This document shows positions 1 to 8,492 of a DNA stretch of 64,000 nucleotides, in pieces. A program made the position numbers and the translations under genes. Position 1 is the first letter of the stretch, and every line of letters starts with the position of its first letter. The notes beneath the pieces are model-generated. The model ran no database searches, was not told the DNA's origin, and was given only the letters and a program-made list of their open reading frames with translations. Origin of the DNA: an uncultured Dehalococcoidia bacterium (lineage in GTDB: Bacteria; Chloroflexota; Dehalococcoidia; Lucifugimonadales; G958296245); assembly GCA_958296245.1 (NCBI GenBank), contig OY282458.1, positions 1,786,197-1,850,196 of the forward strand. The letters run 5' to 3'.

Positions 1-135
1 TCCGGTCACCGGGTCTTTGCGGGCCAGCCCCCACGCCAGGACGGCCAGGACCCCCATGACGGCCAAGCCGATGACTGCGACCACGGCCAGGCGCGCCGCC
101 GCCGTGGGCTCCCTCTCGCGGCTTCCTTCGAGCAT
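1..135 (-). CDS. partial CDS: N-terminus of a membrane-anchored protein, continuing past the window start
   Basis: Minus-strand ATG at 135 opens MLEGSREREPTAAARLAVVAVIGLAVMGVLAVLAWGLARKDPVTG..., which runs off the window. It has one hydrophobic helix and starts 15 nt after the upstream gene stop. It is too short and partial to appear in the ORF track. Confidence 0.3.
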   Translation of the reverse strand, partial: MLEGSREREPTAAARLAVVAVIGLAVMGVLAVLAWGLARKDPVTG

Positions 136-149
136 CTCCAGTACCGGGC

Positions 150-1301
150 CTATTCGAGGGCTTGGTGGCCGGTCAGCTTCCTACCCACGATCAGAGTATG
201 CACGTCATAGGCGCCTTCGTACGTATCCACGGTCTCCAGATTCAGCATGTGGCGGATTGCCGCGTGCTCCAGGGTTATACCGGATCCACCCAGAATCTCC
301 CGGGCAGCCCTAGCGCCTTCGAGGGCTGCCCGCACGTTGTCGCGCTTGGCCAACGACACTTGCGTATAGTCCATGGCGCCCTCGTCCTTGAGTCTAGCTA
401 GGCGCCACGCCATCAGTAGGCCCCGGGTGTGGTCGCCGAGCATCTTCACCAGCTTGGCTTGGACCAGTTGGCGGGCGGCTATAGGCTTCCCGAAAGTGAT
501 GCGGCTGCCCGCGAACTCCAGGGCCTCGGAGTAGACCGCTTCGAGGGCGCCGAGGGCGCCCCAGGCGATACCGAACCGCCCCTGGGTCAGACACGAGAGC
601 GTAGCCGAGATCCCCTTGGCTCCGGGCAGCCTATGCGATGCGGGAACCCGCACGCCGTCGAAGACCAATTCGCTGGTGTCCGAGGCCCGGAGGCTCATCT
701 TATGCTTCACCGGGTTCGCCAAAAGGCCCGGCGTGCCGGCCGGGACGATGAACCCGGCGACGCCTCCGGGGGCCTTGGCCCACACCAGAGCGAAGTCGGC
801 TATGCCGCCATAGCTAATCCACATCTTGACGCCGTCGATGACGTAGTCGTCCCCGTCCCTCCGGGCCGTCGTGCTCATGGAGGCGGGATCGGAGCCTCCC
901 CCGTGCTCCGTCAGCGCAAAGCATCCGATCATCTCCCCGCGCGCAATGCCTGGCAGGTATTGCCGTTTCTGGCGGTCGGAGCCGTAGGTCAGGATGGGGT
1001 ACATGACCAACCCGGTCTGCACGCTGACGAAGCTCCTGAGCCCGGAGTCGACCCGCTCCAGCTCATACATGATGAGTCCGTGCGCCGCGTTGGAAGCGCC
1101 GCCGCCGTGCTCCCCGGGAAGGTTGGCGCCGATCATGCCGAGCTCGCCCAGCCTCGGGACGAGGTGACGGGGGAAGACGCTCCTCTCCCACCAGTCCGCG
1201 ACGTAGGGCGCGGCCTCGGCCTCCAGGAAGGCGCGGGCGGCTGCCTTCGTCTGGAGTTCTTCGGGGGTGAACAGGCTGGCGACGTGATAGAAGTCGAGCA
1301 T
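150..1301 (-). CDS. gcdH: acyl-CoA dehydrogenase, glutaryl-CoA dehydrogenase-like
   Basis: 383-aa ORF. The C-terminal AREILGGSGITLEHAAIRHMLNLETVDTYEGAYDVHTLIVGRKLTG closely matches the GCDH-type ACAD C-terminus. The central CFALTEHGGGSDP motif is typical of ACADs. Confidence 0.85.
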   Translation of the reverse strand: MLDFYHVASLFTPEELQTKAAARAFLEAEAAPYVADWWERSVFPRHLVPRLGELGMIGANLPGEHGGGASNAAHGLIMYELERVDSGLRSFVSVQTGLVMYPILTYGSDRQKRQYLPGIARGEMIGCFALTEHGGGSDPASMSTTARRDGDDYVIDGVKMWISYGGIADFALVWAKAPGGVAGFIVPAGTPGLLANPVKHKMSLRASDTSELVFDGVRVPASHRLPGAKGISATLSCLTQGRFGIAWGALGALEAVYSEALEFAGSRITFGKPIAARQLVQAKLVKMLGDHTRGLLMAWRLARLKDEGAMDYTQVSLAKRDNVRAALEGARAAREILGGSGITLEHAAIRHMLNLETVDTYEGAYDVHTLIVGRKLTGHQALE

Positions 1302-1335
1302 AGGGCCGAGGGCGCAGCCTAGCGTGTATGTCCTA

Positions 1336-2622
1336 CTAGGGATACGGCTCGTTGAGCTTGACGCCGACGAGAGCGGCAGTGACCAAGAGGCGGTGGTCGT
1401 AGTAGAAGCGGGGTACGCAGGTCACGAGGGTTATGTCCTGCTGCCCCGAGTCGCTGACCTTCATGCGGCTCTGATGGACCACCTCGGTCTTGTAGACCTG
1501 ATAGGCGTAGCTGTGGGAGTCGGTATCCACAAATATGTAGACGGCGCCGTCTTGAACTAGCTCCGGTATCTGGGGCAGGCGCCGGAACACGTTGCCTTCG
1601 CCCCGTATGGGGCTGTCCAAGTGTCCGAAGTACCATCCCTGCCCCGCCGCGCCGGGCCTCGCCGTGGTTGGGATATGGCCCACGACATTGTCGGGGGAGT
1701 CCCACGCGGGGCCCAAGCCGGCGAAGACCATTCGCAGGGCCTGGACGGCGGACGTCAACCCGATGGCGGGGATTCGTATCCTCGCCGCCGCCGACACGTC
1801 GTAGGAGTCCAGGACGTCCAGTTTGCCGTACGTGGCGACCAGTGCTTCGACGGGATCCGCGGGGGCTAGGACCGCATTCTCGGCCACAGGCTCGACGGCA
1901 ACGGCCGGCTCGGTGGACGGCTCGACCTGCACCGCCGCGGGCGGCCCCGGATCCGGGGCTGACTTCTCAGCGGGGTTGGCGTAGGCGATTGGCGGACCCC
2001 GGCCCGCGATCTCGTCGTCCCTGAATTGGCTCATGCCGCCGGAGGTATCCGGTACGCCTCTCCAAGCCCATTGGCTCCCTGTTGAGACATGACCGGATGC
2101 GGGAACCCCAGAGCGCGCCGTACCGTCGACGTATTGCGTCCGTGTGACCTCGGCGGCCACTCGGATTACGACGGGGGAGGCGTCTACCTGGATGACGACG
2201 GGTTCGGCGGACGTCTGCGTCGCGGTGGGCCCCGTGGACGCCTGCGCCGCGACGAGAGAGGCGGTGGACCTGTCGGTCGGAGCCTCCGGGGCGGGTGAGT
2301 TGCTGGCCGCAGGCCCGGCGGGCGGCGCAATCCGGAGCGCCGTACCCGCTTGGGGCGACTCGTCCCCTACCACTGCGGCCGTCTCCGTCCGCAGGTCTTC
2401 CGGGGACTGCGGTACGGGGACTGCGGCGCCGGTCGTAGGCGTCCGCTCCCGTTGCGGGTCCAGGGTCCTCTGTGGGGGCCGCTCTGCGCTGTATGCTAAA
2501 TCGTCAAGTTTGGACTTGGCGAACAGTCCGTTGGCGTAGTAGGCGCCCCCGGGCAACAGGAGCAGCAGGCCCACGGCGACCAGGAACCCGCCCAGGATGC
2601 TCTGCTTGCGCCCGCCCCTCAT
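1336..2622 (-). CDS. sortase family transpeptidase with N-terminal TM helix and a long Pro/Ala/Thr-rich linker
   Basis: The C-terminal about 170 aa carries the sortase signature including the TLVTC catalytic Cys motif (DITLVTCVP) and a conserved His region (VVGHIP). The N-terminus has the hydrophobic helix ILGGFLVAVGLLLLLPGG. Confidence 0.8.
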   Translation of the reverse strand: MRGGRKQSILGGFLVAVGLLLLLPGGAYYANGLFAKSKLDDLAYSAERPPQRTLDPQRERTPTTGAAVPVPQSPEDLRTETAAVVGDESPQAGTALRIAPPAGPAASNSPAPEAPTDRSTASLVAAQASTGPTATQTSAEPVVIQVDASPVVIRVAAEVTRTQYVDGTARSGVPASGHVSTGSQWAWRGVPDTSGGMSQFRDDEIAGRGPPIAYANPAEKSAPDPGPPAAVQVEPSTEPAVAVEPVAENAVLAPADPVEALVATYGKLDVLDSYDVSAAARIRIPAIGLTSAVQALRMVFAGLGPAWDSPDNVVGHIPTTARPGAAGQGWYFGHLDSPIRGEGNVFRRLPQIPELVQDGAVYIFVDTDSHSYAYQVYKTEVVHQSRMKVSDSGQQDITLVTCVPRFYYDHRLLVTAALVGVKLNEPYP

Positions 2623-2861
2623 GGCCTCTCCTGCATTCAGCCGGCGCGGCTAATGGCCGCCTTCGCCAGCCCCAACCGGTCAGTCACCTGATATTATACG
2701 CTAACTCTTCCGTGACTGTACGGCCCGCGGACGTGATTATGGAAGGTGTGCAGGGGCCCCGGCCTGGCCCCGTCAGAATAACCCAGTCCCCTTCTGGCCG
2801 CAGGGGTAGCTGAGGGAAGCCGGAGAGCGCTTCCCAACCTGATATACGGGGGTGAGAATTC

Positions 2862-4475
2862 ATGCCAGTACCCGCAGCCCGCCCGCTTCTGGTAAACGAC
2901 GACGGTTGGATAATCAGCGAGGCGCAGCCCCCTCTGACCGCACGCGACCTCAAGGAGAGGATGGTGGACACCTACCGGGGCACCCCGGGGGCGCTGCTGT
3001 GGTGCATAGGCAACCGGGAGGTGTACCACTTCGAGACCCGGGCCGGCGAGATGTTCGGCGCCGGTTACGATACCCTCGAGGGTCTGGATGCCAGCGAGGA
3101 ATACAGGCTGTTCGACGACCGGGACCAGGCAAACCACGCCGCAAACATACGGAGCCTCATCGACGAGCGGGGCGGCCCCCTGACCGCCATGGTCGAGGTT
3201 TGCCGCGAAGCCGGACTGGACATCTTCCCGTCCGTCCGCATGAACAGCCATTATGATACCGACCCCGACACGCCAAGGGGCGGGCGTTTCCGGCGGGAGC
3301 ATCCGCACGCGCTCATAGGCAAGCCCGGAGAAACCTTCCCCCCCGGCAGCCTCGAATGGGGCGTCCGCACCGGTGTCGATTACACCCACTCCGAAGTCCG
3401 CAGGCATATGGCCGGGGTTATATGCGAACTGTTCGAACGGTTCGACGTGGACGGAGTCGAGCTGGACTTCATGCGCCATCCGACGTTCTTCAGCCTCAGC
3501 AGCGCCTACGCGAACCGCCACCTTATGACGGACTTGGTGCGCCACGTCAAGCGGCGTATGGCCGACGTGGGCGCCGACCGGGGCCGGCGCATCGACCTCG
3601 CCGTCAGGGTGCCCCCGACGCTGGCCGACGGGAACAGACTCGGGCTCGACGTTGCGGCGTGGATGGCCGAGGGCCTGGTGGACATGGTAATCGTGGGCGG
3701 CGGCTTCATTCCCTTCGAGACCCCCATCGGCGAGTTCGTCGAGGCCGCGGAGGGTACCGGGTGCCTGGTTTACGGCTCGATCGAACAGCTTCGACCGGCT
3801 GCCGATGACGACGTGATCCGAGCGATAGCGGCGCACCACTGGGACGCCGGCGCCTCGGGCATCTACCTGTTCAACTACTTCACCAAGTCGCCTGAGTGGA
3901 AGCGTCGGGTCTTCAACCAGATCGCCGATCCGGTGAAGCTTAGCAGGCTCGACAAGCGCTACCAGATGGAGAATACCCGATTCCGATGGGACTACCGCCG
4001 GGATACGTCGGCTAGGGACCTGCACGACTACGCGTTTCAGAACGCGGTGCCCACCGTCCAGTTGCCCGTTGCCCTGGCGGAGACGCTTACCGCGCGGGGG
4101 CCTCGGCTCCGCTTCGACGTCGCCGACGACGTGGGGGCGGCCTCGGCGGAGGGAGCGTTGAAGCACTGCGTCCTGAGCCTCAAGCTGTCGAACTGCACCG
4201 CCGAGGACGAGATGGAGGTGTGGCTCAACGGCGAGCAACTGAGCTCGGGGTCGGCCAAGCAGACCTTCGGGGATTGGGAGCGCCTGGAGTGGAGGGGGTT
4301 CCCAACGAGGCTCGCCCCAGCCGCCTATTCGGGCGCGGTCATAGAGTTCGACCTGGGGGCGCCCCCGCTGAGGAGGGGCAGAAACGAACTCGAGGTACGA
4401 CTTCTGCGGGGCGCCGTCCAGAAGTCCGAACACGTCGTCCTGATAGACGTCGAGGTGACGATCGGCTACGCGTGA
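2862..4475 (+). CDS. hypothetical TIM-barrel glycoside-hydrolase-like protein (GHL10-like), paralog of 24970..26769
   Basis: 537-aa ORF with coding-like composition. It shares blocks with the 599-aa protein at 24970..26769 (FDVDGVELDFMRHP versus YDVDGVCLLYNRRP; LGLDVAAWMAEGLVD versus FGLDVAAWAREGLID). The function is inferred only. Confidence 0.55.
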   Translation: MPVPAARPLLVNDDGWIISEAQPPLTARDLKERMVDTYRGTPGALLWCIGNREVYHFETRAGEMFGAGYDTLEGLDASEEYRLFDDRDQANHAANIRSLIDERGGPLTAMVEVCREAGLDIFPSVRMNSHYDTDPDTPRGGRFRREHPHALIGKPGETFPPGSLEWGVRTGVDYTHSEVRRHMAGVICELFERFDVDGVELDFMRHPTFFSLSSAYANRHLMTDLVRHVKRRMADVGADRGRRIDLAVRVPPTLADGNRLGLDVAAWMAEGLVDMVIVGGGFIPFETPIGEFVEAAEGTGCLVYGSIEQLRPAADDDVIRAIAAHHWDAGASGIYLFNYFTKSPEWKRRVFNQIADPVKLSRLDKRYQMENTRFRWDYRRDTSARDLHDYAFQNAVPTVQLPVALAETLTARGPRLRFDVADDVGAASAEGALKHCVLSLKLSNCTAEDEMEVWLNGEQLSSGSAKQTFGDWERLEWRGFPTRLAPAAYSGAVIEFDLGAPPLRRGRNELEVRLLRGAVQKSEHVVLIDVEVTIGYA

Positions 4476-4517
4476 GGCGCACGGACGAGAAACACCCATA
4501 GGGAGGGACACGATCAG

Positions 4518-5363
4518 ATGAGCGAGACTCTCAGCATTCTGAACATAGGCGGGCATCCCAAGGACGCCATCATCTACGCGGGCGGCACGATGGCGAAACA
4601 CGCCGCCAGGGGCGACAGGGTGACGATTCTCACCCCTACGACCGGCCTTTCCCATCATCTGCAGGCGATCGACGAGTACAGGGATTCCGGGGACATGCCG
4701 GACGTGGAGGCCCTGGTCGACGAGCGCCGCAGGGAATTGACGGACGCCGCCGCCGAGCTGGGCGTAACGGACGTCAGGTTCCTCGGATACGACGACCAGA
4801 TAGCCCTGCCCAAAGAGGAGATCGTCAACGACATCGCCGACGTGATCGGGGAGATTCGCCCCAACGTCATCGTTACCCACTGGCCCTACGACACCGTCCC
4901 GACTCACGCCGTCACCACTCAGATGACCCTGCTGGCGATCGACGCCGCGTCGGGGATACGGCCCGGCAAGCCCTACGCCCCGACCGGCGGGGACACCGCC
5001 GGCGAGACCGCCCAGATCTTCTATCACGTACACCTGGGGCGGACCAACGTGCTGGAGACCCTGAACGTGAGGGTGCCCACGACGATTATCGACATAACGG
5101 ACACCGCCGTACTGAAGGCCAACGCGATGAACAAGTTCACGTCCCAGCACTACGGGGAGGATAGCCCGCTGCACCGTAAGCTGGGCGAGGGTATGGACGG
5201 CGGCACACACGCGGTCCACGCGAGGGTCGCGTACGCTGAGGCCTTTCTGGCCCACAACCCGGAGATCTACGAGTACCTACCCGTCAGCAGCTACCGCCGC
5301 AAGCTCAGCGCGCGTCCGCCTGAGAAGTTGTTCGACGACATGACCAAGATGCTGCTCAGCTGA
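4518..5363 (+). CDS. PIG-L/LmbE family deacetylase-like protein
   Basis: The N-terminal LNIGGHPKDAIIYAGGTMAKHAARGDRVTILTPT pattern fits the LmbE fold (AHPDD-like motif followed by G..V.v...T.G). GGAGGGA lies upstream of the ATG. Confidence 0.7.
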   Translation: MSETLSILNIGGHPKDAIIYAGGTMAKHAARGDRVTILTPTTGLSHHLQAIDEYRDSGDMPDVEALVDERRRELTDAAAELGVTDVRFLGYDDQIALPKEEIVNDIADVIGEIRPNVIVTHWPYDTVPTHAVTTQMTLLAIDAASGIRPGKPYAPTGGDTAGETAQIFYHVHLGRTNVLETLNVRVPTTIIDITDTAVLKANAMNKFTSQHYGEDSPLHRKLGEGMDGGTHAVHARVAYAEAFLAHNPEIYEYLPVSSYRRKLSARPPEKLFDDMTKMLLS

Positions 5364-5518
5364 GGGGCATTCCCCAAGGTGAGCGTTGCGGCGTCACGGC
5401 TCGGAGCGTCTCGAACGTCGTCGGTTCCGGGCCTGAAGACCACCCCCATGATGCCGACGCGCATACCCATTACGGGCGCCCCGAAACCGGCGCGGGGTGC
5501 CCCGCCCATCGGGGGAGT

Positions 5519-5839
5519 CTACCGAACCACCGACTTGCCGGTCGGCTCAATGCGGGTTACGACCGTCCGCGATCGGTCGATCATCGTGGGGACCTTGGGA
5601 CCGATGCAGTTCTTCCAATGGTCGGACTCGTAGACGGACTCGTACAGACGCTCCCTCTGTTCCTCGCTGTCGAAGCGCCGGAGCCACACGTACAGGTCGT
5701 CTTCCTCCTCACCGACGAAGCTCCCGGCGATGACCATGCCGCGGGAAACCTGGAACGGGATGATCTCGCTCTCCATGAACTCGACCCACTCGCCGCGCTT
5801 GCCGGGTAACGTCCTGTACTGGCGCAACTCGAAGAACAT
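5519..5839 (-). CDS. NIPSNAP domain protein
   Basis: 106 aa starting MFFELRQYRTLPGKRGEWVEFMES..., a typical NIPSNAP ferredoxin-like dimeric alpha-beta barrel signature. Confidence 0.8.
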   Translation of the reverse strand: MFFELRQYRTLPGKRGEWVEFMESEIIPFQVSRGMVIAGSFVGEEEDDLYVWLRRFDSEEQRERLYESVYESDHWKNCIGPKVPTMIDRSRTVVTRIEPTGKSVVR

Positions 5840-5972
5840 AGCAGCCCCCTAAGTGCAGATTTCGGCAGCCCGCCGCCGATTCTGCAATAATACCGTCAGG
5901 GCGGGGCGCAGGGCAACGGCGCGGGAGCCATCCGGAAGGCCGCGCTCCGGCTCAAGACGGCGGAGGTCTAAC

Positions 5973-6875
5973 GTGGCGCGTTCCGAATGGTTCAAGATCT
6001 GCCTCCACGCTCATACCACCGAGTCGGACGGCGACGAGCCGCCCGAGCGGGTTGTCGAATGGTACCGCCAACTGGGCTACGATTGCCTGGTCATCACAGA
6101 CCACAATCTGGTGACGCGGCCCAGCGGCGGACCGCCGCTGAAACCCCTGCTCATCCCGGGGGAAGAGGTGACTACCATGCTGGACGGCGAACCCGTCGCC
6201 GTCTACGTCAACGCGGTGGGGTTGCGCAAGACCGTCGAGCCGACCGTGAAGGACGGGGTACTTGCCACGCTGCAAGCCAACGTGGACGCAGTCGTTCAGG
6301 CCGGCGGCATCGCGTGCCTGACTGCGCCCTACTACAGAGAGGGCTTCGATCACCACTCCCTGGCGGGGATCGAGGGCGCCGCGTTGATGGACATATACAA
6401 CGCCCATCCCAACAACGTCCTCGGAGACCCCCGTACCTTCAGCTACGAGGACCTCTGGGACGAGGCACTGACGGCAGGCAGACGGGTATTCGGCGCCGCA
6501 ACCGACGATGCCCACAACTACCGCGAGTTCAGCGCCGACAACGCCAACCCCGGCCGCGCTTGGGTGATGGCCAGGTGCCGAGGGCTGACCGAGGACTCGG
6601 TAATGGAGGCGCTCGGCTCCGGCGACTTCTACGCCTCTACGGGGGTGGGGCTAACCAGCTTGGAGAGCGAGTCAGACTCGGTCTCGCTCACCATCGAGCC
6701 GAAGAAGCCTCAAACCTACTCGACGGCCTTCCTGGGAAGAGGAGGAAAGGTCCTCTGCGAACAGCATGGGACCGAGGCAAGCTACCGGATCCAGGGAGGA
6801 GAGGGGTACGTGAGGGCCAGGGTGACGTCGTCCTGGGGCGCGAGGGCGTGGACGCAGCCCATCCCCGTCGACTAG
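5973..6875 (+). CDS. PHP domain metal-dependent phosphoesterase-like protein
   Basis: Contains the PHP motifs CLHAHTTESDG and VITDHN. The start is moved to GTG 5973, which is preceded by GGAGG at 5962-5966. The Arg-rich 40-aa extension in the ORF track looks non-coding. Confidence 0.7.
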   Translation: MARSEWFKICLHAHTTESDGDEPPERVVEWYRQLGYDCLVITDHNLVTRPSGGPPLKPLLIPGEEVTTMLDGEPVAVYVNAVGLRKTVEPTVKDGVLATLQANVDAVVQAGGIACLTAPYYREGFDHHSLAGIEGAALMDIYNAHPNNVLGDPRTFSYEDLWDEALTAGRRVFGAATDDAHNYREFSADNANPGRAWVMARCRGLTEDSVMEALGSGDFYASTGVGLTSLESESDSVSLTIEPKKPQTYSTAFLGRGGKVLCEQHGTEASYRIQGGEGYVRARVTSSWGARAWTQPIPVD

Positions 6876-6913
6876 CCCGGTGACCCCTGACGCGCGGGAC
6901 GGACTGCTTGGCG

Positions 6914-7858
6914 ATGCACAGCGTGACTCAAAGGGTCCTGATTACCGGCGCCGCAGGGTTTGGCGGCTCCAGCCTCGCTAGGGCGCTGCTGCGTAGGGGC
7001 TACGGCGTAACCGGCCTGGACATAACGCCGCCAAGCCACGCCGCGCTGCTGCGCCGGGAGATGTGCGATCCCGGCTTCAGCTATCTGTGGAAGAGCGTCC
7101 AGGACGTGCAGCCCGGCGACGTTGAGGGGCATTCGACGGTGGTGCATCTGGCGGCGCAGCCGGATACCCCGTTCGCTTTCGAGTCGCCTAGATACACAGT
7201 CATGCAGAACGTCGAGGGCACGGTTGCGCTGCTGGAGGCAGTGCGTCAGACGAGCTGCGTGTCGAAGTTGATGTTCGCGGCGTCCGGCAACGAAATCGGG
7301 CGCGCCCTGTACTTCCCGGTAGACGAAGACCATCCGTTGACGCCTCACAATCCGTACGGGTTCTCGAAGGCCGCCGCCGAGATGGCTCTGTCGGCGTGGC
7401 GTCTGGCTTACGGCGTGCCCTCGATCGTCATGAGCACGGGCGTGGTGATCGGCCCAGACATGCGCCGGGAGGTCTTCGTATTCAAGTGGCTGTGGGACGC
7501 CCTACACGGAAAGCCCATCGTCGTAGAGGGCGGCAAGCAGACCCGCGACGTGGCGTTCATAGACGACGTGGTAAGAGCGTGGATGCTCGCAATTCAGGCT
7601 CCCGTTGAGAAGGTCGCGGGGCAGAAGTTCTTCATAGGCTCCGGTGAGGAGTACACGGTTGAAGACTTGGCCGTAATCTGTAGGGAAGTTGCCGCGCGCG
7701 GCGTCCCGATACAATACACGGGATACCGCCCCGGCGAAGAGGGCCACAGAGAGGCGTTCAGCACCGAAAAGGCCGGAAAAGTGCTGGGCTACACTCCCCA
7801 AGTCGCCGCGAGAGAAGCGATTGCGCTAACAGCCGAATGGGTAAGAAGCCTGCTGTAG
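6914..7858 (+). CDS. NAD-dependent epimerase/dehydratase (extended SDR)
   Basis: Rossmann motif VLITGAAGFGGSSLARALL and a YGFSKAAAE catalytic YxxxK. The 3' end overlaps the convergent gene by 33 nt. Confidence 0.85.
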   Translation: MHSVTQRVLITGAAGFGGSSLARALLRRGYGVTGLDITPPSHAALLRREMCDPGFSYLWKSVQDVQPGDVEGHSTVVHLAAQPDTPFAFESPRYTVMQNVEGTVALLEAVRQTSCVSKLMFAASGNEIGRALYFPVDEDHPLTPHNPYGFSKAAAEMALSAWRLAYGVPSIVMSTGVVIGPDMRREVFVFKWLWDALHGKPIVVEGGKQTRDVAFIDDVVRAWMLAIQAPVEKVAGQKFFIGSGEEYTVEDLAVICREVAARGVPIQYTGYRPGEEGHREAFSTEKAGKVLGYTPQVAAREAIALTAEWVRSLL

Positions 7859-8479
7859 CCCCCTCCAGGTGAAGTGGACCTGCCCTGGCGAACGCCATAG
7901 CAGGAGACCGTCCAGATAATAGGGCCAGTCGATCTCGTCAATCGATAGCCGGTACAGATAAGCAACCAGGGCTGCCAGTATGGAGTCGTGGGTCACGTAG
8001 ATGTTCAGGCGCCCGCATGACCCCAGACCGCTGGCAGTCAGCCCCAGGAGCGCGCCCACTCCCTCGGAGGTCGCTCTCATCCCCGCCGGAGGCTCCGCGT
8101 GTGCGAGCTGGCGTCTCACTATCTCCAATATGCCGATTTCCAGGAAGAGCGCCCCGCTGACGTCCTCGTCTACGATGAAAGCGCCAGGCCCGCCGAGCCG
8201 CCTGTCCGGCGCCGCCTCTTCAAGCAGGCCCCCGCCGCGCAGCATCGCCTCGGCCGTCGCCAGGCACCTGGGTACAGGGCTGGAGGCAGCCCTGACTTGC
8301 GGCCTCATGGCGTGCAGCGCCGCCCCAAGCCTTTCCGCAGACGCGACCCCGCCGGCAGTCAGGGGAATTTCGGAGCCGAATGTCCCCGGAAGTATGGCCT
8401 CCCGCTCGGCATGTCTCACGATCAGCGCCGCGTCGGCCTCGGCCGGTATGGCGCTGAGCTGTCTCACGACGTAGTTCAT
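7826..8479 (-). CDS. histidine phosphatase family protein (PGAM-like)
   Basis: LIVRHAERE (RHG-type phosphohistidine motif) near the N-terminus and a second His in YVTHDSIL. It starts 13 nt after the methyltransferase stop. Confidence 0.65.
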   Translation of the reverse strand: MNYVVRQLSAIPAEADAALIVRHAEREAILPGTFGSEIPLTAGGVASAERLGAALHAMRPQVRAASSPVPRCLATAEAMLRGGGLLEEAAPDRRLGGPGAFIVDEDVSGALFLEIGILEIVRRQLAHAEPPAGMRATSEGVGALLGLTASGLGSCGRLNIYVTHDSILAALVAYLYRLSIDEIDWPYYLDGLLLWRSPGQVHFTWRGLQQASYPFGC

Positions 8480-8492
8480 GCTGCGAGAATGC

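Noticed and set aside
2694-5255. 853-aa ORF on the minus strand spanning two plus-strand genes
   Set aside because: It is antisense to two well-supported genes (the TIM-barrel protein and the LmbE-like deacetylase). The translation is Arg/Gly/Pro/Val-rich with no motifs, typical of stop-codon-poor antisense frames in high-GC DNA.
5853-5972. 40-aa Arg-rich extension of the PHP-domain ORF
   Set aside because: It has no SD at 5853, whereas GGAGG precedes GTG 5973, and the PHP motif begins immediately after that start.
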